Origin: Candidatus Poseidoniaceae archaeon
Lineage (GTDB): Archaea > Thermoplasmatota > Poseidoniia > Poseidoniales > Poseidoniaceae
Direction of reading: 5' to 3'
Length of the DNA: 64,000 nucleotides
Assembly: GCA_030747785.1 (NCBI GenBank)
Contig: JASLKC010000057.1
Location: forward strand, 10,495 to 74,494
Positions 49,901-56,949 of this stretch are shown here, piece by piece. Both the position numbers and the translations under genes were made by a program. The notes beneath the pieces are model-generated. The model was not told where the DNA came from. It made no database searches and worked only from the letters and a program-made list of their open reading frames with translations. Numbering within the stretch: position 1 is the stretch's first letter; each line of letters opens with the position of its first letter.

Positions 49901-50430
49901 TTGTCATAGTGGTATGCCACGGTCAAATGTCTATTCTTGTTATTGTCAGAAGGGTTATCTTCGCCATTCGAGTTTGACACTGCTAACTGCATTGTGTGGT
50001 TACCGGAATATGTTGGAGTCCAGAGTATGGAAATGCTCCCATTCCCACCTCCATTGATTGGCTGCATTGTTTGAGTATGATTCAATAATTCAAATCGTTG
50101 GTATTCATCATGTAATACTACAATACTGAAATCGACAAACCCCGACTGTGCAGTTCCTAAATTTTCAACTACGACCTCGATTTCCATTTCCACATTGATT
50201 ACGCCATCAGTGACAAAGAGATCAGCTGGGCGATTGAAATTAGCTATCGGGTGGTTTGAAGAAAACATCTGGTACATCGAGGAATTAGTCGATGAAGGAT
50301 ATGATATTGAGATTGTATCAACGGCTAAATCGATATTAGTTGCCCTTCCTGTAGTTGCACTACCCAAGGGAGCCATTGATTGAATTAAAAGGACGCTGAG
50401 TAGTAGAACAGCCCCTCGCATCCTCGACAT
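46915..50430 (-). CDS. Large cell-surface protein: CARDB-like, jelly-roll and tandem NEW3/Ig-like domains, C-terminal TM
   Basis: Signal peptide, 'VENLG...WTP..SG.H', 'FRFQFQSD...GYWIDDI', repeated 'V.N.GN....P.GW', then TM and an acidic Pro/Gln tail. Confidence 0.75.
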   Translation of the reverse strand: MSRMRGAVLLLSVLLIQSMAPLGSATTGRATNIDLAVDTISISYPSSTNSSMYQMFSSNHPIANFNRPADLFVTDGVINVEMEIEVVVENLGTAQSGFVDFSIVVLHDEYQRFELLNHTQTMQPINGGGNGSISILWTPTYSGNHTMQLAVSNSNGEDNPSDNNKNRHLTVAYHYDNCVDLSTWTVGTQWVSSTDTAISQARSCHVGNGQYSTYSSNLNTQLVLPVMDMSDGLTSHNRAVGISFFYSGGAGAGDTLKGHVKDSQGNWDELYTIQGVVDNNFQDGQNWQTFSSEYNGHRSPLVPIANEHLHSQTQFRFQFQSDASGEDIGYWIDDIVIIYDQAARKTEYDVSLSGMQTLGGLPGEWSTTSMSVTNTGNISARYTPTVTGVPSGWQYYFANPNGASIGSSGLLLMPGQNYDFDLRVLVDENASMGNHPVTVNISSNAYPDIEDGIETIVKILADRIPDVIVPEITARCTPGNTCEFPVVIANIGEATDVFTLSVADKTMPSGWSMNLAWNQSNNILVRTDSPVEIWLTGTIPAGVEADSTASVYLTATSTNGSMKFDTEVIEIAAAIISNASVDISESLRDVDHIIEAGDIVDVSFTIWNNASRMDVFRPSISATSIGGWSAELLNIPDLAINPGKTSSFTVRITAPSHAQAGDPGPIITPSVLSLRSGTTISGPDWQHITVDTLHDLLIESELAPQRLSPGTANHFQFKVTNNGNGPATAILDLPYSPDTWEWWALADGDNVTAGIPLSVSYDLDNIKIIDVWLLLPPLEAAGELHEITFSVSPEGGVDTIPEDNSVIVESLTNTVRRPELDGFGIEIVVRTDTTHFMNATAWNIGNAADGAIRAKIVIETSPPSTGVIGFLSTSNGGSAEAGSWILLNLGPTESVELMGEVMIMPNVELNTRISVRLELEGGSDELGRPILKTLTDMVMVGERRNVEIPELVDPEVPVKDGAKHLIWVNLSSTSTQAEIMYVNATLPEGWGILCDGNAIHLNELRVELDAGHLTPQRYNMQCEIIRESGEFEGELVIEVTSTDAEISDSLSTKISWDVPNEAEGVLSSMHMMVIGGGILGIIVVFLLLRMRGSSDEDDDEDGEIQLTQEAPSQGPPATAFAGPPATTQPIVETVDPAMAEYQRQLEEYNRQAAEYAAWEAAQSSQQEPESQ

Positions 50431-50477
50431 GAGGTTGGACTATTATTCAACTGATATGACACCTTCGCCGAATAATT

Positions 50478-51287
50478 CTATTCGCTTTCGACTGTGAGGC
50501 TTGCCTTTGCCATATCCAATTTGACTTGATTTCGCTTATCCTTAGCCCTCGCTGCAATGTATACAGTTAGCGAAGGTACAAGGACGATACTGAAGCAACC
50601 AATTACTGCTGCGAGCGCCCAGAGAAACTCTGTTGCAGCCTCCACTTCGAATTGTTCGGTGGTTGTGAGTTCTTCATTTACAGTACTCAGGATAAATGAT
50701 GGTTGGATGGTTCTATTTCCTTGCTCAACAATTACGACCTTTACTTGTGTTGTACCAAATGTGTGGTTAACAGCATCTTGTGCTTTCAGTATAGCTTCAT
50801 CCAAATCTGTAGCATAAATTGACCCAGTTCCTCTACGAGCAGGATTGGTATTTGTCAATGCAATGATTAGTACCTCTCCATCTTCTTCAGATTCACTATG
50901 CGAAGTTGAATATTCGCAATTCACATCACAACTAAAATTTTGGGCATCCGGATTACCTAAATCTGGGTGGCTTGCAATTGCTACGCTGGAAGAAAGGACA
51001 ACATTTGTGCCCTCAGAAAGACCAGATACTGAGAGGTTTACCCAAGTGAGATTTTGTGGATTCACTGTGATAAACCAAACCCAAGTAGTAGTATTTTCAT
51101 TACTATCATGAATTGGAGTCACCTCACTAATTTCAGGTATTTCCTCAAGTGAATCTGTTTCGTAAATGTAGTATGAAGGGCTAACTGTGGCCCCGTAAAC
51201 CGCATAAGATAGAAGAAAAATCAGTGTCAAACCCATGCCGATTAAGGTGCGTAACAAGTTGGGGTTTTGAGCCAACGCCTTCCGCAT
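50478..51287 (-). CDS. Hypothetical membrane protein (N- and C-terminal TM)
   Basis: Two TM helices flanking an acidic extracellular segment. TTCATG 25-30 nt upstream of Met 51287. Confidence 0.6.
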   Translation of the reverse strand: MRKALAQNPNLLRTLIGMGLTLIFLLSYAVYGATVSPSYYIYETDSLEEIPEISEVTPIHDSNENTTTWVWFITVNPQNLTWVNLSVSGLSEGTNVVLSSSVAIASHPDLGNPDAQNFSCDVNCEYSTSHSESEEDGEVLIIALTNTNPARRGTGSIYATDLDEAILKAQDAVNHTFGTTQVKVVIVEQGNRTIQPSFILSTVNEELTTTEQFEVEAATEFLWALAAVIGCFSIVLVPSLTVYIAARAKDKRNQVKLDMAKASLTVESE

Positions 51288-51425
51288 GTCCACGCCCACA
51301 TGAGAAGCCTTCATGAACCCTCCCACATAAGCGTCGCAGTCACCTCTTCGCTCGTTGTGCTGCGGCCCTGTTCAACAGTGTCCTTGATATAGGGGTGTTA
51401 AGTCGGCAAGTTGCTTGGTGGTACC

Positions 51426-51917
51426 ATGACGACATTCTACGATGTTCCCGCTGACCTGCTTAACCCAGCTTTAGCTGGCAAGCTCGCTGATGTCAAATCG
51501 ATTAATCGACCCGAGTGGGCTGATTTCGTGAAAACTGGTGTTCACCGTGAGCGACCCCCTACTCAGGAGAACTGGTGGGAGTTGCGCTGTGCTGCTTTGA
51601 TTCGTAAGATTGCTCGTGAGGGCCCAATCGGTGTAAACGCACTTGCACAAGCCTATGGCGGACGCAAGGACAACGGTGCACATCCAAATACTCCGGCAAT
51701 GGGAAGCCGTCATATTATTCGAACTGCACTTCAACAACTCGAAGATGCAGGTTTTGTAGCTCGTAAGGAGACCAAAACAGTATCCTCAGTAGAAGGAGAT
51801 CAGAAACTCTTCAGTGGCAGAATCGTCACTAGTTCAGGACAGAAGATCCTCGATGAGGTAGCGCATGAACTTCGTGGAGAAGCAGAAGCAGCATACCCTG
51901 GCCTTGCCAAGTATTGA
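51426..51917 (+). CDS. rps19e: 30S ribosomal protein S19e
   Basis: 'YDVPADLL', 'PEWADFVKTG.HRERPP', 'IIRTALQQLE'. Confidence 0.95.
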   Translation: MTTFYDVPADLLNPALAGKLADVKSINRPEWADFVKTGVHRERPPTQENWWELRCAALIRKIAREGPIGVNALAQAYGGRKDNGAHPNTPAMGSRHIIRTALQQLEDAGFVARKETKTVSSVEGDQKLFSGRIVTSSGQKILDEVAHELRGEAEAAYPGLAKY

Positions 51918-51949
51918 TTCAAATCTCGGAAGTGAAGGAAGTGACCTCG

Positions 51950-52309
51950 ATGGCAATGAACGCTGATGATGAGCTAACAATGCTCAGGGAACAGCGACGT
52001 ATTGCACTCCAACAGCAATTCGAGCAGCAGGCTGCAAAGCAGGCTGATGCAGAGATTCAAGCACAGGCAGAAGCACAGACTGCTTCTCAATTAGATCAAG
52101 CAATGAAAACCATCCTAAGCCCTGATGCTCGTTCAAGACTAGCCAGCCTAAATCTGGTAAACCCTGAAATGAGTACTGCGGTAAAGAATCACCTTGCAAC
52201 ACTTGCTGGTGATAGACAAATCACTACCCCGGTTAATGACGAACAACTGAAGCGAATCCTCGCAGGTCTCAACCAGCAAAAGCGTGAGACCAGCATCCGT
52301 AGACTCTGA
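51950..52309 (+). CDS. PDCD5-like DNA-binding protein
   Basis: 'ILSPDARSRL', 'DEQLKRIL', 'SIRR'; conserved position after rps19e. Confidence 0.85.
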   Translation: MAMNADDELTMLREQRRIALQQQFEQQAAKQADAEIQAQAEAQTASQLDQAMKTILSPDARSRLASLNLVNPEMSTAVKNHLATLAGDRQITTPVNDEQLKRILAGLNQQKRETSIRRL

Positions 52310-52318
52310 GGTGAGAAA

Positions 52319-52474
52319 ATGGCACGAAATAAACCCGCAGCAAAGAAAATCCGCCTAATGAAGGTTGGAAAGCAGAACCGCCGTGTTCCTGTCTGGGTCA
52401 TGCTCAAGACGGCACGTAAGACCGTATCTCACCCCAAGCGCCATCACTGGAGGCGCAGTAAATTACAGAGGTGA
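52319..52474 (+). CDS. rpl39e: 50S ribosomal protein L39e (not in ORF track)
   Basis: [51 protein letters not shown], with a GAGGTGA RBS. Confidence 0.95.
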   Translation: MARNKPAAKKIRLMKVGKQNRRVPVWVMLKTARKTVSHPKRHHWRRSKLQR

Positions 52475-52480
52475 TTATGA

Positions 52481-52756
52481 ATGGCAAGAGCAGCAACTAG
52501 CGAACTTATCGTTCCACTAAGGAACGCCTGGAATATCACACGATACAAGCGTGCGCCTCGTGCGATTCAGATTATCAAGAACGAAGTCGTTCGTCATCTC
52601 AAAGTTACAGAAGACGAAGAAGTTTGGATTGACCCTGCGGTCAACGAGCACATCTGGAAGCGTGGAATTGAGAACCCACCACGCAAGATTCGTTTGCAAG
52701 TCACTCGTCACGACGAGCCAGACATCCCTATCGAAGTCAAACTCATGGAGGAGTGA
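52481..52756 (+). CDS. rpl31e: 50S ribosomal protein L31e
   Basis: 'VPLR', 'KRAPRAI', '[17 protein letters not shown]'. Confidence 0.95.
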   Translation: MARAATSELIVPLRNAWNITRYKRAPRAIQIIKNEVVRHLKVTEDEEVWIDPAVNEHIWKRGIENPPRKIRLQVTRHDEPDIPIEVKLMEE

Positions 52757-52758
52757 AA

Positions 52759-52950
52759 ATGGGAAATATCCGTCCAACATTTATCAAGCTACGAGCAATT
52801 ATTCTGTGTGAAGAACATGGTGAGAAGTTTACCGATGACTTTGATCACAACAAGAAAATGGTTGCTGAATTAACCGATGTTGATTCCAAGAAGTTGCGAA
52901 ACTGGATTGCAGGATACGTAACTCGCTACCGCCAACGCCGTACCGACTGA
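52759..52950 (+). CDS. rps17e: 30S ribosomal protein S17e
   Basis: '[10 protein letters not shown]', '[10 protein letters not shown]', '[13 protein letters not shown]'. Confidence 0.95.
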   Translation: MGNIRPTFIKLRAIILCEEHGEKFTDDFDHNKKMVAELTDVDSKKLRNWIAGYVTRYRQRRTD

Positions 52951-52959
52951 GGGTTTCTG

Positions 52960-53163
52960 ATGGCGATTAGAATCGCCTGGGATAGAACTCCGGTCAGTGT
53001 TCATGGTAACAAAGATGAGTTGCAATTGCTACTCAATCATCTTCGTGATAATCACGATTTCCGCAAGCATTCCATCATTATGCCTGACCGAGAAAATGAT
53101 GATGAAGCAGTCTTTTTTCTCTATGGGCCATGTGACCCTCGCTGGATAGCGGAGGTCATGTGA
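52960..53163 (+). CDS. Small hypothetical protein (67 aa)
   Basis: Tightly packed between rps17e and trmJ, with a GAGG RBS-like site. Confidence 0.6.
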   Translation: MAIRIAWDRTPVSVHGNKDELQLLLNHLRDNHDFRKHSIIMPDRENDDEAVFFLYGPCDPRWIAEVM

Positions 53164-54000
53164 ATGGGCGATAGGTTGGATGTTCCTTTACCCGCATCTA
53201 ATTATGAATTGGATATTATATTGGTTGGAATCAATCACCCAGGGAATCTTGGTGCGGTTTGTCGTGCAATGCTGAATCATGGATTCACAAGACTAACACT
53301 TGTGAATCCGGAATGTTCTGTCGATGACGAAGAAGCAAGAAATCGTGCCAAACACGCTGGAATTATTCTCGACGATGCAAGAGTTGTTCATTCATTTGAG
53401 GAAGCAGTTGCTGATGCATCTCTAGTTGTAGGTACCTCAGGAAAGCGCGAGGTAGGTAGTAAGGTCCTATTCCGTCATTTCATATTACCATGGGAATTTG
53501 CCGATAGAGTTCGCAATCTCAATGGTCGTGTAGCTTTGGTTTTTGGTGAGGAAGGCAAGGGCCTTTGCACTGAGGATCTAACACGCTGCGATGTTTTGCT
53601 TACCCTTCCCACTTGGGAGGGATACCCAATTGCAAACTTATCTCAGGCTGTTGGTCATTGTGTTTACGAATTACATCGTGACCGAATTATCAACGGCGAG
53701 GAGGTATTGGGTGTTGAATTGGAACGGGCACTTAATCCTCAATTACGAATAATTCTCAAACAGGCAATCGATGAATTCTCGCACTCTTTGGATTCCGATA
53801 AACAGGACCTAATCGGTGATGTCATCGACCGTGTCATATTACGGGGTCTGCCAATTGATAGCGAGGCAGAACGCCTGATTGGGGCCTTCGTACAAGCGAC
53901 TACAGCCTTACAGAATCTATCTGGGGATGAGGAGTGGCGACGAGAACGCAGGAAGCGAGTCACGCCTTCCAACACGCCCAACTCTTCGGAGTCTCTCTGA
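53164..54000 (+). CDS. trmJ: SPOUT RNA methyltransferase, TrmJ/LasT family
   Basis: 'PGNLGAVCRAMLNHG', 'ALVFGEEGKGL', 'YPIANLSQAV'. Confidence 0.85.
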   Translation: MGDRLDVPLPASNYELDIILVGINHPGNLGAVCRAMLNHGFTRLTLVNPECSVDDEEARNRAKHAGIILDDARVVHSFEEAVADASLVVGTSGKREVGSKVLFRHFILPWEFADRVRNLNGRVALVFGEEGKGLCTEDLTRCDVLLTLPTWEGYPIANLSQAVGHCVYELHRDRIINGEEVLGVELERALNPQLRIILKQAIDEFSHSLDSDKQDLIGDVIDRVILRGLPIDSEAERLIGAFVQATTALQNLSGDEEWRRERRKRVTPSNTPNSSESL

Positions 54001-54415
54001 CGTGCATTGCTACAAGACGTAGGCGGTTTCCATAAGCCGTTTTGATATGTGGCTCAACTTGTTCAAATGCCCATTTTGCAAGGTTCTCTGCAGTTGGAAT
54101 AAACGGAACGATCACGGTTCTATGCTCATCTCCCATTACAGCGCATGCAGCCTTGGCCTTTTCATCGCCTTCGTAGACCACGAATGCATGGTCGACAACA
54201 TCGTGAACATAAGTCGTGAGAATTGATGAGACATCACTAAAATCGATTAGCATACCCTCTTCAGAAGCACCGCTTTCCTCGACTACATCTCCTTCGATTT
54301 CCGCTTCCCAGCGGTAGCGGTGGCCATGCATGTGTCGGCACTTACTTTTGTGATTTGGAACACGGTGTCCAGTATCTGTTTCTACATATCTCCTGATAAT
54401 TGTGGTCATTTTCAT
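53960..54415 (-). CDS. queD: 6-carboxy-5,6,7,8-tetrahydropterin synthase
   Basis: 'GHR', 'CRHMHGHRY', 'DFSD', 'DH', 'PTAENLA', 'ETPKSWA'. Confidence 0.88.
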   Translation of the reverse strand: MKMTTIIRRYVETDTGHRVPNHKSKCRHMHGHRYRWEAEIEGDVVEESGASEEGMLIDFSDVSSILTTYVHDVVDHAFVVYEGDEKAKAACAVMGDEHRTVIVPFIPTAENLAKWAFEQVEPHIKTAYGNRLRLVAMHVRETPKSWACWKA

Positions 54416-55500
54416 TCCTCCTTGAATTCTAAACAAATTGAGTTGATGCAATACCTTTCGCCTTGGCGCTCATCGAATACATGGCCTAGATGTGAATTAC
54501 ATCCACTGCATCGAACTTCCACCCGCTTCATGCCATGAGAATTATCGATGATTCTCTCAATTTCAGCTTCTGGTATTTCGGTATTGAATGCAGGCCAACC
54601 GCATCCTGAATCGAATTTCATATCCGATGTGAATAGGGGTAAGTCACAGTCAGCACAAAGGTAAGTTCCTTCCTCAAAGTGCTTATCGTATTCTCCAGTA
54701 AACGCTCTCTCAGTGCCGTTTTCCTTCATTACATTATGACGTAATTGGGCTTTTAGTGCGCCTTTGAGAACTTCTTCCCATGAGGTCACATATTCTACTG
54801 GATCTTTGCGTCCAATAGCATGGAAGGCAAGAATACGTTCGACATCAGCACCACTAGTTCCACTTGAGCGCCCTAATTCATCTGGATTGTAGGAGGTATT
54901 GGTATTAGCAAATACCGTATCGAATTCGAGGTCCAATTTTTCGCAAGCATTCAGAGCATCACGTAAGATTGATTCTTTGTCACCATCGATGTAAGGGAGA
55001 TTGAAGGATACCCTTTCACTATCCCAGTTTCCAATCGCAAATGCATTTCCGATTGCATCATAGAATTCTGGGCGACAATCGGGATAAATCGCATGGTCTC
55101 CTGAATGTACTCCTAGTGCGATTTCGACTTCACAATCTTCCTTGATTGCAATAGAAAGAGCATAACCATAGACGATTGAAGCAAAAATTGCATTTCGATT
55201 TGGAACCACGGTAGCCTTCATCGCTTCTTCTTCATAATGGCCCTCTGGTACATCGATTTCATCGCTTGTAAGAGCGGAATGAAATAGTCCCATAGCAGAT
55301 GATAAATCAGCGATTCTATGTTCAACCTCGAATCCTTTTGAGGCAAGATATGCAATATTTGCCTTAGCACGCTCCAATTCGATATTGTGCTTTTGCCCAT
55401 ACTCGTAAGAGATGCAACTTACCTTGTAGCCATCTGCTAGAAGGCGCATAAGAAGCCCGGTAGAATCCATTCCACCACTAAGTGCCATCACTGCACGCAT
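54412..55500 (-). CDS. queC: 7-cyano-7-deazaguanine synthase QueC fused to C-terminal methionine-R-sulfoxide reductase MsrB
   Basis: QueC motifs 'SGGMDST', 'YGQKH', 'VPNRN', 'YPDCRPEF'. MsrB motifs 'GTERAF', 'CADC', 'KFDSGCGWPAF', 'CSGC', 'HLGHVF', 'RYCINS'. Confidence 0.9.
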   Translation of the reverse strand: MRAVMALSGGMDSTGLLMRLLADGYKVSCISYEYGQKHNIELERAKANIAYLASKGFEVEHRIADLSSAMGLFHSALTSDEIDVPEGHYEEEAMKATVVPNRNAIFASIVYGYALSIAIKEDCEVEIALGVHSGDHAIYPDCRPEFYDAIGNAFAIGNWDSERVSFNLPYIDGDKESILRDALNACEKLDLEFDTVFANTNTSYNPDELGRSSGTSGADVERILAFHAIGRKDPVEYVTSWEEVLKGALKAQLRHNVMKENGTERAFTGEYDKHFEEGTYLCADCDLPLFTSDMKFDSGCGWPAFNTEIPEAEIERIIDNSHGMKRVEVRCSGCNSHLGHVFDERQGERYCINSICLEFKEE

Positions 55501-56096
55501 TAGTCGACCCCCATCCATTTGTGAGTTTGCAAGGAAAGGCGCCAGCCAGGTGAGGCTTTCACTAGAGCCTCAACAATTGCGAAACTCCTTCCATTCTGCT
55601 CAACGCTATCTACCTCGATATAACAAGGCTGAATATAATGATGGGCAAAGCCTGTTTTGAGTTCATCATACATAGACAAATCTTGACCGCAGTACACTAC
55701 TTTCAATTCATCACCAGTGCGTTGCTTGATACCGACATTTGGGTAGACTTGGTCCTTTGGTGATACACAGATCCAATCGATAATCTCAGGTACAGGCATG
55801 GTTCCATTTGTCTCAATCGAGAGATGAATACCATGCTCTTTCAGTGCACCACCAATCGTGTTTAGGTCTTGTAAACACGGCTCTCCACCAGTGAAAATAA
55901 CTCTATCACATTGGAATGAAAGTACCTTTTCGACAATGTCCTCGAGTGACATTTCCTCAAATGTGAGGAAATCAGTATCACACCATTCGCATCTCAAATT
56001 GCAGTTTCCAAAGCGAATGAAGACATGAGGTATACCACTGTGAAAAGCTTCACCCTGAACAGAATGAAAAATTTCGACAATAGGGTAACTAGTCAT
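55500..56096 (-). CDS. queE: 7-carboxy-7-deazaguanine synthase (radical SAM)
   Basis: 'EIFHSVQGE', 'FIRFGNCNLRCEWCDT', 'TGGEP', 'IETNG', 'VSPK', 'WRLSLQTHK'. Confidence 0.92.
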   Translation of the reverse strand: MTSYPIVEIFHSVQGEAFHSGIPHVFIRFGNCNLRCEWCDTDFLTFEEMSLEDIVEKVLSFQCDRVIFTGGEPCLQDLNTIGGALKEHGIHLSIETNGTMPVPEIIDWICVSPKDQVYPNVGIKQRTGDELKVVYCGQDLSMYDELKTGFAHHYIQPCYIEVDSVEQNGRSFAIVEALVKASPGWRLSLQTHKWMGVD

Positions 56097-56105
56097 TGTA
56101 AACCC

Positions 56106-56687
56106 TCAGTTGGAAAGTGGGGAACTGCGAATCAATTGCATCAATTCAGTCCTCGCCTCGCTCTTTTCGAAGAATACTCCACGCATTGCCGAGGTAGTCA
56201 TGATTGAATTCTGCTTCATCACGCCTCTACATTGCATGCAGCCATGTGCAGCCTCAATAATCACAGCAGCACCGAGTGGATTCAGATGATTTTCGAGATC
56301 ATCGGCAACACTCTTGGTAATCCTCTCCTGGTTCTGCAAGCGGCGTGCATGTAGGTCGACGATACGAGCCAACTTACTGATTCCAACAATCCTGTCTGTT
56401 GGGATGTATGCTACATGTGCCCTGCCCTTGAACGGCTGGAGATGGTGTTCACAAGTCGAATGGAATTCAATATCTCGTAGCAAGACAATACCATTGTATC
56501 CCTCGCCATTGAATGTCGAATTGAGAACCTCTGCGGCATCTTGGTTGTATCCGGCAAAGATTTCATCGAAGGAATTGATTACACGTTCTGGAGTTCTTCC
56601 TAGGCCTTCGCGGTCAGCATCGGCCTCAAGGTATTCCAATAGGGTCTTGACAGCACTCTCTGCTTCATTACGTGATACCATTTTCAT
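56106..56687 (-). CDS. folE: GTP cyclohydrolase I (type IA)
   Basis: 'REGL..TPERV', 'STCEHHLQPF', 'GISKLAR', 'RLQNQER', 'AHGCMQCRGV'. Confidence 0.93.
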   Translation of the reverse strand: MKMVSRNEAESAVKTLLEYLEADADREGLGRTPERVINSFDEIFAGYNQDAAEVLNSTFNGEGYNGIVLLRDIEFHSTCEHHLQPFKGRAHVAYIPTDRIVGISKLARIVDLHARRLQNQERITKSVADDLENHLNPLGAAVIIEAAHGCMQCRGVMKQNSIMTTSAMRGVFFEKSEARTELMQLIRSSPLSN

Positions 56688-56854
56688 TCCTCCAATCTGC
56701 CGTGGCGAACATCGATTAGGTCGAGTTGGTCAAGCATTTTGCGGCACGCAGTGCGAATCGCATCCGCTACACTTACGAATTTTCCAGCGTCACCGACGTG
56801 TATCTTGAGGTCCTCCAGCAACTGAGCTGGCATGTCTAGGCTTACCTTAGGCAT
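56684..56854 (-). CDS. Ribbon-helix-helix (CopG/Arc/MetJ) transcriptional regulator (56 aa, not in ORF track)
   Basis: MPKVSLDMPAQLLEDLKIHVGDAGKFVSVADAIRTACRKMLDQLDLIDVRHGRLEE: alternating beta strand, helix, then 'S..DAIR.A' helix. ATGA overlap with folE. Confidence 0.85.
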   Translation of the reverse strand: MPKVSLDMPAQLLEDLKIHVGDAGKFVSVADAIRTACRKMLDQLDLIDVRHGRLEE

Positions 56855-56873
56855 GCTTTGGCCACTTTAGGAG

Positions 56874-56912
56874 AGCATATCAAGGTATTCGTATGCTATT
56901 ACCAGAGTAATA
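56874..56912 (-). promoter_or_regulatory. Putative promoter/operator of the RHH-folE-que operon
   Basis: TTGATA (minus strand, 56883-56878) 24-29 nt before the ATG. Inverted repeats AGCATA-N12-TATGCT (56874-56897) and TATTAC-CAGA-GTAATA (56897-56912). Confidence 0.45.
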
Positions 56913-56949
56913 TTGCGATTGACGCCCTTTTGTGAATAAATTCATGCGC

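Noticed and set aside
53960..56687. Phage or dpd-type DNA modification island
   Set aside because: No DpdA/TGT-like gene, integrase or phage genes are present, and the flanks are housekeeping.
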